Shown here piece after piece: positions 56,785-64,000 of a DNA stretch of 64,000 nucleotides. The stretch covers positions 64,001 through 128,000 of the forward strand of contig CAWKHF010000003.1 in NCBI GenBank assembly GCA_963849325.1, in the 5' to 3' direction. The position numbers and the translations under genes are program-made. The notes below the pieces were generated by a model. It had not been told where the DNA came from. It saw nothing but the letters and a program-made list of their open reading frames with translations, and searched no databases. The stretch is from an uncultured Planctomycetota bacterium (lineage in GTDB: Bacteria > Planctomycetota > Planctomycetia > Gemmatales > Gemmataceae). The stretch's first letter is position 1. Each line of letters begins with the position of its first letter.

Positions 56785-57213
56785 ATGCCCGCCAATCCGT
56801 TCGAGGTCCTGCGTCTGGACCCCTCCGCGACCGAGGAGGAGATCGTGCGCCAGGCCGGACGGCTCCGGCAGCGCGCCACCGACGAGACGGCGCGAAACGC
56901 CATCCGTCACGCCGTGCAGGCGCTAACCGCCCATCCCGAGGATCGGCTACGGTTGGCCCTGTGGACCCACCCGGCGCCGCGCCATCACTGGCCGGCGCTG
57001 GAAGGTCTGGTCGCCGCCTTCCAACGTCCGCCGATCGCCGACGCGGACCCCTGTCCGACCCTCGATGTGGAAGAGTTCAGAGACCTTCTTAAGTCTTTAT
57101 CCGCCGAGGAACTCGAGTTGCCCCCTCTGCCTTTCGAGCTGATCGGGGCCGACGAGGAGGGCGAGGAAATCCACCGGCAATCGGCGGAGGCGATGTGGCA
57201 GAGCTTGCTTTAG
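56785..57213 (+). CDS. Degenerate J-domain-like protein
   Basis: NPFEVLRLDPSATEEEI start; canonical HPD loop missing. Confidence 0.55.
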   Translation: MPANPFEVLRLDPSATEEEIVRQAGRLRQRATDETARNAIRHAVQALTAHPEDRLRLALWTHPAPRHHWPALEGLVAAFQRPPIADADPCPTLDVEEFRDLLKSLSAEELELPPLPFELIGADEEGEEIHRQSAEAMWQSLL

Positions 57214-57229
57214 AGGCACTAACCAAATA

Positions 57230-57295
57230 GGCGAGCGGGGGGCGTAAGCCCCCTGTTGACGGCGAAAAACAGGGGGCTTACGCCCCCCGCTCGCC
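57230..57295. repeat. REP-like palindrome, family B, intergenic
   Basis: GGCGAGCGGGGGGCGTAAGCCCCCTGTT...AACAGGGGGCTTACGCCCCCCGCTCGCC. Confidence 0.9.
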
Positions 57296-57389
57296 AAAAA
57301 GTTACAGCTTGCTTTCCGACTCCTGGGCGTGAGAAGGCAGTCGGCGCAAGAAAATCTACGTTGTGCGGATTTCTTTCTTGCTGAAGAAT

Positions 57390-57530
57390 GAAAAAACGGT
57401 TAAGAAAGAGGTGTTGGCACGGGGTAAGGCTGAGACTCGCAAATCAGCCAATCCCCGTGCCACGTGTGGGAGGTGTGAATGTGCGGGAAGTCCTACTGAA
57501 AGGGCTGGGACTCGCTACCAACCCTTCTGT
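57390..57530 (-). ncRNA. Candidate sigma-54-dependent small RNA
   Basis: Predicted +1 at 57530; hairpin 57499-57527; C-rich linker; long hairpin 57415-57462; T-run at 57391-57396; no credible ORF. Confidence 0.55.
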
Positions 57531-57540
57531 CTAAGAGAAT

Positions 57541-57557
57541 TGCAACCATCGTGCCAA
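57541..57557 (-). promoter_or_regulatory. Consensus sigma-54 -24/-12 promoter
   Basis: TTGGCACGATGGTTGCA matches TGGCACG-N4-TTGCW. Confidence 0.8.
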
Positions 57558-57969
57558 TTCTCGGCCGTCATCCACACCTTCCCACCCTCTCTTCCTAAGT
57601 TCTCTGGAATTCGGCATTTCTGCCTGATAGCTTCGTGTTTCGCCTTGCTCGGTCTCCCTTGTTCCATTTTGCTCCAGCCCGTCAATGCGCTGTTTTGACA
57701 CATCCCGGTGCTTCATTTTGCGGAAAGTGTTTCATTTTCATCTTCTCCACGCCACCCGAACGCACGCCAGAGGACACGGACGGCACGAACGGATACTGTC
57801 AAAATGGATAGTGCTCCCTTGTACTTCCGGCTCCGCGTCGAGATTTGTGAAAGATCCCGCGAGGTAGACGCCTACTCGTGATAAAGCGCCTGGAACGGAA
57901 AAGCGCCTCTTTCCAGCCGAGCCTTCCGCGACCAGGCGGCTTGTGAACACGATCCTTGTCGGGAGTGGA

Positions 57970-58653
57970 ATGATGCCCTTGCGTCGTCCCGCGCTCAGCA
58001 TCGAACAGATCCTCATCTGGGCGGATGTCCACCGTAAACAGCGGGGCAAGTGGCCAACCTCGCGCAGCGGCGTGGTGCGCGGCGGCTGTGGAGAGAAGTG
58101 GTGGAACATCAACGAGGCCTTGATCCACGGCTGGCGCGGCCTGCCCGGCGGCGATACGCTGCCGCGTCTGCTGGCGCGTTACCGAGGCTGCCGCAACCCG
58201 CGCGGCCAGGCGCCGCTGGCGGCGGAACAGGTACTGGCCTGGGCGGACGCTTACCGTCAGCGAACCGGCCGCTGGCCCAGCGCGACCGGCCAGCCGATTC
58301 CGGAAGCGTCCGGGCTCACCTGGCGGGCCATCAATCTGGCCCTGACGCGGGGCCACCGCGGCCTGCCGGGCGGCACGTCGCTGGCCAAACTCCTGAGACA
58401 GCATCGAGGAGGATCATCTGGCAGGGGCCAGCCAACCCTGACGGTCGGGCAGGTGCTGGCCTGGGCCAAGGCCCACCGAGGACGCACGGGACGCTGGCCC
58501 TCGGCCGCTTCGGGAGCGATCTCCGAAGCGCCAACCAATACCTGGATGGCGGTCAACGCGGCGCTGTGTCATGGCAACCGCGGACTTCCGGGCGGCATGT
58601 CGCTCGCGCGCTTGCTGCGCGATCTGACCGGCCACCGAGGCCGGGCCGGGTGA
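57970..58653 (+). CDS. Hypothetical protein with three ~70-aa repeats
   Basis: WA[D/K].[H/Y]R...G.WP...G.RGLPGG..L..LL repeated three times. Confidence 0.75.
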   Translation: MMPLRRPALSIEQILIWADVHRKQRGKWPTSRSGVVRGGCGEKWWNINEALIHGWRGLPGGDTLPRLLARYRGCRNPRGQAPLAAEQVLAWADAYRQRTGRWPSATGQPIPEASGLTWRAINLALTRGHRGLPGGTSLAKLLRQHRGGSSGRGQPTLTVGQVLAWAKAHRGRTGRWPSAASGAISEAPTNTWMAVNAALCHGNRGLPGGMSLARLLRDLTGHRGRAG

Positions 58654-58822
58654 TCTCCGCACGCCGCAAGCGGCTTGCGGGACCGATTATGACAAAAAAA
58701 TCATTTTTTTGGTTGCATCGAGCCGGACTCTGTCGTACACTCACACTCGACTCGACTCGTTTCGTTAGTTCTCATCCCATTTCAGGCCGGAAGGCCGGAC
58801 ACACTCTGTGGCGAGGAATGTC

Positions 58823-59749
58823 ATGTTCCAACGTTTCCGCAACGCGCATCGTTCCGCGTTCACCCTGATCGAGTTGCTGGTGGTGATCGCCATCATTGCC
58901 ATCCTGATCGGGCTGCTGCTGCCGGCCGTGCAGAAAGTGCGCGAGGCTGCTTCCCGCAGCCGGTGCAGCAACAACATGAAGCAACTCAGCCTCGCCATCC
59001 AGAACCTCAACGACACCTATGGCGTCCTGCCGCCGCTGGATGCCCCCGATGCCGTCACGGCCATCCCCTCCGGGGCGTTCGCCGGCAAGAACTACACCCT
59101 CCAGGGCTTCATGCTCCCCTTCCTTGAGCAGGGCAATATTTACAATCAGATGAGCTTAGCCGGCTATGCGGGCGGACAGTACATGCGCGTGATCAAAACG
59201 TTCCTCTGTTCCTCGGACCCCAGCACGACCAACGGAATGTGCATGACCTCGAACGGCGGCGCCAACGGCTGGGCCGCCTGCAATTACGTGGCGAACGCTT
59301 ACGTGTTCGCCAACGTGCCGGCCGGCAATGGCGCGACCGGCGCGGCGCGCATCCCGGCCACGTTCATCGACGGCACCTCCAACACAATCGTTTTCACCGA
59401 GGCGTACGGCACCTGCGGCAAAAGCGGTGGCAATGTGAATGCCGGCAGTGAGTACGGAACCCTCTGGGCCGACTCCAACAGCGTATGGCGTCCCTCCTTC
59501 AACTTTACCTATGGAAGCACCAAGGGGACCATCTCCACCACGTATGCGCCCACCACGCGGTTGTTCCAGGTCCAGCCCAACTACTCCACCACCTGCGACA
59601 TCAACCTCCCGAACTCGCCGCACAACTCCGGCATCATGGCCGGCGTCGGCGACGGCAGCGTGCGTTTTATCAGCCAGAGCATCACGGTGACGACGTGGGC
59701 TCGGGCCTGCGACCCACGCGACGGCAATCCCCTGGCCAGCGATTGGTGA
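58823..59749 (+). CDS. DUF1559 prepilin-like protein
   Basis: AFTLIELLVVIAIIAILIGLLLPAVQKVREAA, DGTSNT, H-X9-DG. Confidence 0.93.
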   Translation: MFQRFRNAHRSAFTLIELLVVIAIIAILIGLLLPAVQKVREAASRSRCSNNMKQLSLAIQNLNDTYGVLPPLDAPDAVTAIPSGAFAGKNYTLQGFMLPFLEQGNIYNQMSLAGYAGGQYMRVIKTFLCSSDPSTTNGMCMTSNGGANGWAACNYVANAYVFANVPAGNGATGAARIPATFIDGTSNTIVFTEAYGTCGKSGGNVNAGSEYGTLWADSNSVWRPSFNFTYGSTKGTISTTYAPTTRLFQVQPNYSTTCDINLPNSPHNSGIMAGVGDGSVRFISQSITVTTWARACDPRDGNPLASDW

Positions 59750-59838
59750 GTACGTCTGCTCCGGAGGGCGGCTCGCGGGCCGCCCTCTGTCCTTCCCGGA
59801 TCGGAATACCTCACCGATTCTTCCGCAGGTGCCAGACC

Positions 59839-60288
59839 ATGCTCCGAATCGATCCCTATGCCGCCAGGAGGATTGTGCTCGCGGTGGTCTTGCCGTCGGG
59901 CCTGCTCTTGGCCCTCGGTTGCCAGCGGCCAGGAGACCTGCCGTCCACTTACCCGGCCAGCGGCAAGGTCGCGTACACGGATGGTCAGCCCGTGCAGGGG
60001 GGGAGCATCGAGTTCACCCCTTCCGCGGCCGACGCCACGTTCGCGGTGACGGGCCAGATTGAAGACAACGGCAATTACACGCTGCACACCTTCAAGGGCA
60101 ACCAGAAGTTTTCCGGCGCCGCCGAGGGCCAGTATCAGGTGACCATCCTCCCGCCGCAAACGACCGACCATCAGACGGTGCGGCCCATCACCCTGCCCGG
60201 ACTCTTCACGATCACGGCGGGCGAGAACAAGTTCCCGACGTTCACCATCCCGCGGCCGCCGAAGCGGACTGGTACGTCGCCCCGTTAG
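59839..60288 (+). CDS. Lipoprotein of the carboxypeptidase-regulatory-like type that often follows DUF1559 genes
   Basis: LALGC lipobox; YPASGKV..DGQP, GAAEGQYQVTI. Confidence 0.75.
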   Translation: MLRIDPYAARRIVLAVVLPSGLLLALGCQRPGDLPSTYPASGKVAYTDGQPVQGGSIEFTPSAADATFAVTGQIEDNGNYTLHTFKGNQKFSGAAEGQYQVTILPPQTTDHQTVRPITLPGLFTITAGENKFPTFTIPRPPKRTGTSPR

Positions 60289-60306
60289 GGCGTTAGGAAC
60301 GATTTC

Positions 60307-60370
60307 CCCACTAGCCCGGAGCGCCAGCGACGGGTGTTTCCGCCCGTCGCTGGCGCTCCGGGCTAGTGGG
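60307..60370. repeat. REP-like palindrome, family A, between convergent genes
   Basis: CCCCACTAGCCCGGAGCGCCAGCGACGGG...CCCGTCGCTGGCGCTCCGGGCTAGTGGGG. Confidence 0.9.
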
Positions 60371-60381
60371 GAACGAATTAC

Positions 60382-60996
60382 TTACTCCTTGATTTCGCGC
60401 AGACGCAGGTTGCGGAACTCCATCGGCGCGCCCTCGGCTTGAAGACCGATGTACCCCTTGGCCGGCGTCAGCCCGGTCGCCTCCCACGCCAGCTTGCCGT
60501 TGCACCAGAACGTCACCTTGTCTCCCTGGACGCGCACGCGCCATTCGTTCCACTCGCCGGCCGGCTTCTGCAATTCGGGCACCTTCTTCGCTCCCTTTGC
60601 CGAACTGGTGATCAAACCACCCTCGCCGCCCTTGGCGAGGTTGATCTGGTTGGCGTTGACCTTGCGGCCGCTGCGGATGAACAGACCGCTGTTGTAGCGC
60701 TCGCGGAGCGCCCGCCACTCCAGGCAAAGCTCGAAGTCGGCGTACTCGTGCTCGGTGGCCAGGTGGGGCGAACCGCCGCCGGACAGCGCGATGACGCCTT
60801 CTTTCACCTTCCAGTTCGGCGCCTCCGTGGCCCCGTCTTCCTTGCCGCCGCTGAAACGCCAGCCGGTGAAGTCCTTGCCGTTGAATAAAGGCTTAAAGCC
60901 CTCTTCCTTCTCCTTGTCGGCCGCCGAGACGATGGCCGACAACAGCAAGACGGCGAGACCGGTCAGGAGGGAACGAGACGTGCGCGATGGATTCAT
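60382..60996 (-). CDS. DUF1080 (3-keto-disaccharide hydrolase family) exported protein
   Basis: LFNGKDFTGW, NSGLFIR, GEWN, GYIGLQ..FRNL. Confidence 0.9.
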   Translation of the reverse strand: MNPSRTSRSLLTGLAVLLLSAIVSAADKEKEEGFKPLFNGKDFTGWRFSGGKEDGATEAPNWKVKEGVIALSGGGSPHLATEHEYADFELCLEWRALRERYNSGLFIRSGRKVNANQINLAKGGEGGLITSSAKGAKKVPELQKPAGEWNEWRVRVQGDKVTFWCNGKLAWEATGLTPAKGYIGLQAEGAPMEFRNLRLREIKE

Positions 60997-61020
60997 GGCG
61001 TGGCATCCTTGGCAAAGGGA

Positions 61021-62379
61021 TCAGGAGCGGATCAATTCGCGGATGGGCGCGCCGGTTTCGACCAGCGGGATGGGGCGGCCCTGGGCGTCGGCGAAGAGGA
61101 CGCGGCGAGCGTCGATACCGAGATGGTGAAAGACGGTGGCGGCCACGTCCTGCGGGCTGATCGGCCGATCGGCGACGTACTCGCCGCGCGGCGTGCTGCG
61201 GCCGACGACCTGGCCCATGTTCATGCCGCCGCAGCCCATGAGGACGCTGAAGGTGTTGCCCCAATGATCGCGGCCGCCCTCGGCGTTCATGCGCGGCGTC
61301 CGACCGAACTCGCCCATCGCCACCACCAGCGTCTTCTCATACAGGCCGCGCTGAATCAGATCCTCGACCAGCGCGGCGAGGGCGCGATCCAGCGGCGGGA
61401 TAAGCCGTTTCGCTCCTTCGGCCGTGGGTAAGCGGCCGGCGGTGCCGTGGTGGTCCCAGGGAACGCAGTTGACGGTGACAAAAGTGACACCGGCCTCGAC
61501 CAGCCGTCGGGCCAGCAGGGCGCTCTGGCCGAAGGTGTGCCGGCCGTAGCACTCGCGCACCGCGTCCGGCTCGGCGCCGACGTCGAAGGCGCCGGCCACC
61601 TGCTTGCTCGTCAGCAGGTGGAAAGCCCGCTGGTAATGGGCGTCCCGATCCGCCGTTTGACGCTCGCCCGCCAGGCGGAAGTGGTCCATCGTTTCGAGCA
61701 TGTGCCGGCGGTCTTCCAGGCGGCGAAAGGACAGTTCGGGGGCCAGTGACAAGCCCTTGACACGGAAATCCGCCGCGTTGGGGTCGGACTCAACAATGAA
61801 GGGGTTGGCGCCGCCGCCGAGGTAGGCGGCATAGTGGAAGAAGTTATCGGTGCCGCCGCGCAGGTGCGGAACGGCGACGTAAGGAGGCAGACCGGGCCGA
61901 TTCGAGCCGCGTAGACGGGCTGTCGCCGAGCCGAGCGACGGCCGGCGCTGCACCTTGAAGTCGGGGACGTTGAAGGCTGGTCCCTCGAAGCCGGTGAGCA
62001 TCCAGTGGTTGGACTTGGTGTGATCGCCGGAGCCGTGGTTGACGCTGCGCAGGACCGCGAGCCGATCCGCCACCTTCGCCGTCCGCGGCAGCAGCTCGCC
62101 GAACTGGGCGCCCGGCAGGCGCGTGCGGATGGCGCCGAACGGCCCGCGGAATTGCGCGACCGCCTCGGGCTTGGGATCCCACGTCTCCATGTGGCCCGGC
62201 CCGCCGCTGAGCCAGAACAGGATGACGCTGGTGTCGCGCCTCGCCGTCGAGCCGGCAGCGCGCAAGCGGCCGAGGTCGGCCAGCGAGAAACCACCCAGTC
62301 CCAGGACGCCGGCCTGGAGGAAGTTGCGGCGCGTCACACCCGAACAATCGGCCGCCGCGCTGCCCACGATCTTCAACAT
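61021..62379 (-). CDS. DUF1501 domain protein with Tat-like motif
   Basis: TRRNFL, GGPGHMETWDPKP, GEFGRTP, GRDHW. Confidence 0.92.
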   Translation of the reverse strand: MLKIVGSAAADCSGVTRRNFLQAGVLGLGGFSLADLGRLRAAGSTARRDTSVILFWLSGGPGHMETWDPKPEAVAQFRGPFGAIRTRLPGAQFGELLPRTAKVADRLAVLRSVNHGSGDHTKSNHWMLTGFEGPAFNVPDFKVQRRPSLGSATARLRGSNRPGLPPYVAVPHLRGGTDNFFHYAAYLGGGANPFIVESDPNAADFRVKGLSLAPELSFRRLEDRRHMLETMDHFRLAGERQTADRDAHYQRAFHLLTSKQVAGAFDVGAEPDAVRECYGRHTFGQSALLARRLVEAGVTFVTVNCVPWDHHGTAGRLPTAEGAKRLIPPLDRALAALVEDLIQRGLYEKTLVVAMGEFGRTPRMNAEGGRDHWGNTFSVLMGCGGMNMGQVVGRSTPRGEYVADRPISPQDVAATVFHHLGIDARRVLFADAQGRPIPLVETGAPIRELIRS

Positions 62380-62523
62380 CGGATGACCCTGCGGGGAAAC
62401 GGGATTCGGTGGGAGTTTCGACCGACTCAAGCGTACACCGTTTGCCGGCCGTTGTCACGTCCGAAGACCCTCGGTATCGAGGGTCGAGATGCGTGGGCCG
62501 ATTCTGGGAGTCCTCTGTCTTTC

Positions 62524-62621
62524 TCCCCTCTCCCCCGCTTCGGGGGAGAGGGGTTGGGGGTGAGGGGGTGGCTCCTCCCCCTCACCCCCTACCCCTCTCC
62601 CCCGCTTCGGGGGAGAGGGGA
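62524..62621. repeat. Compound palindromic repeat, family C
   Basis: Two copies of CCCCTCTCCCCCG-ctt-CGGGGGAGAGGGG flanking GGGGGTGAGGGGG/CCCCCTCACCCCC. Confidence 0.88.
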
Positions 62622-62768
62622 GGAGATCCGTCTAAGTTCTAGAAACCACTCGCGCACCCGAGCGGGCCGATCTTCCCTGGAAAAACGCGGCCGGCATCCT
62701 ACAACGAGGGAAAGGTTTTTTGGCGCAACCGAGCGGGTAAACCGCCCGGCACGGCGACGGGATCGGAC

Positions 62769-64000
62769 ATGGCCGAGCGTTACGATGTGTTGGTGATCGG
62801 AGCGGGGCCAGGCGGCTACGTGGCGGCGATCCGAGCGGCGCAGCTGGGCATGAGCGTGGCCTGCGTCGAGAAGCGCTCGACGCTGGGCGGCACCTGCCTC
62901 AACATCGGCTGCATCCCCAGCAAGGCGCTGCTCCACTCCAGCGAGCTGTACGACCAGGCCAAAACGCACTTCGACAAGCACGGTATCCAGATCGGCCCGC
63001 TCCGTCTCGATCTCGCCGCCATGCTCGGCCGCAAGGACCGCGTCGTCAAGGGGCTTACCGACGGCGTCGCCTTCCTCTTCAAGAAGAACAAAATCACTTC
63101 CTACGTCGGCGGCGGTCGGCTGCTGGGTGAGGGCAAAGTCGCCGTCACCGGCGCCAATGCCGAGGAGATCATTCTCGAAGCGAAGCATATCCTCCTGGCC
63201 ACCGGCAGCGAGTCGATCCGTCTGCCCTCGCTGCCTTTTGACGGCACGTCCATCGTCAGCTCCACCGAGGCGTTGTCCTTCGAGCGCGTGCCGCAGCACC
63301 TCATCGTTGTCGGCGGAGGATACATCGGCCTGGAACTGGGTTCAGTATGGAATCGGCTGGGCGCGAAGGTGACGGTGCTGGAATTTTTGCCGCGCATTCT
63401 GCCGTTGAGCGACGGCGAGATCGCCAACTTGCTGCACCGTTCGCTCCTCAAGCAGGGCTTGACGTTTCATTTGGAAACGAAGGTCACGGGTGCCGGGTCG
63501 CAGGGCGGACAGATGGTCGTCAACGCCACGCACAAGGGCAAGGACGTGCTCTTCCAGGGCGACAAGGTGCTGGTGGCCGTCGGACGCCGGCCGTACACGA
63601 CCGGGCTGGGGCTGCGCGAAGTCGGCATCAACTCCGACGAGCGGACGGGCCGGGTGTCCGTGGACGAGAATTTCGAGACGAACGTCAAAGGGGTCTTTGC
63701 CATCGGCGACCTCATTGAGGGGCCGATGTTGGCCCACAAAGCCGAGGAAGACGGCATCGCCTGCGTCGAGCGCTGGGCCGGCATGAAAACGCACGTCAAC
63801 TACGATACGGTCCCCAGTGCGGTCTACACCTGGCCGGAGGTGGCCAGCGTCGGGCCGACCGAGGAGCAGGTCAAGGCCAGCGGCCGCGAGTCTCGCGTCG
63901 GCCGCTTCCCCTTCACCGCCAACCCGCGAGCGCGCTGCATCGACGAGACCGAGGGGTTGGTCAAGGTGATCGCCGACGCCCGCACCGACCGCTTGCTGGC
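62769..64000 (+). CDS. lpdA: Dihydrolipoamide dehydrogenase (runs off the window; absent from the ORF track)
   Basis: Manual translation MAERYDVLVIGAGPGGYVAAIRAAQLG..GGTCLNIGCIPSKALL; GGGYIGLE; MLAHKAEE. Confidence 0.95.
   Translation, partial: MAERYDVLVIGAGPGGYVAAIRAAQLGMSVACVEKRSTLGGTCLNIGCIPSKALLHSSELYDQAKTHFDKHGIQIGPLRLDLAAMLGRKDRVVKGLTDGVAFLFKKNKITSYVGGGRLLGEGKVAVTGANAEEIILEAKHILLATGSESIRLPSLPFDGTSIVSSTEALSFERVPQHLIVVGGGYIGLELGSVWNRLGAKVTVLEFLPRILPLSDGEIANLLHRSLLKQGLTFHLETKVTGAGSQGGQMVVNATHKGKDVLFQGDKVLVAVGRRPYTTGLGLREVGINSDERTGRVSVDENFETNVKGVFAIGDLIEGPMLAHKAEEDGIACVERWAGMKTHVNYDTVPSAVYTWPEVASVGPTEEQVKASGRESRVGRFPFTANPRARCIDETEGLVKVIADARTDRLL

Overview
GC-rich bacterial DNA that looks like a planctomycete (Gemmataceae-like), inferred from DUF1559, DUF1501 and DUF1080 genes, hpnE and the palindromic repeat families. 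Many conserved genes carry single-base frameshifts (argG, bioB, bioF, mcsB and others), probably long-read indel errors, so pseudogene calls are tentative. The window has two halves. (1) 1 to ~28.9 kb is a decaying integrative element: its own dnaN and ATP-dependent ligase, an IS630, a ~12 kb AraC-associated AKR/SDR cargo, a methyltransferase plus truncated helicase, an hsdS-ATPase-hsdM locus lacking hsdR, and a serine-recombinase remnant that runs into the 3' end of a tRNA. (2) ~29.7 to 64 kb is core chromosome dense with palindromic repeats. The highlight is the junction: a minus-strand tRNA-Asn(GTT) split inside the anticodon (35/36) by a 664-nt group I intron. Its LAGLIDADG endonuclease cassette (430 nt, closed by a 6-bp stem) sits within the J3/4-P4 catalytic core instead of a peripheral loop, and removing it restores a 234-nt intron with intact pairings. 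Also notable are a consensus sigma-54 promoter driving a candidate ~140-nt sRNA (57390-57530, minus) and a palindromic repeat inserted in frame in a protein-coding gene.
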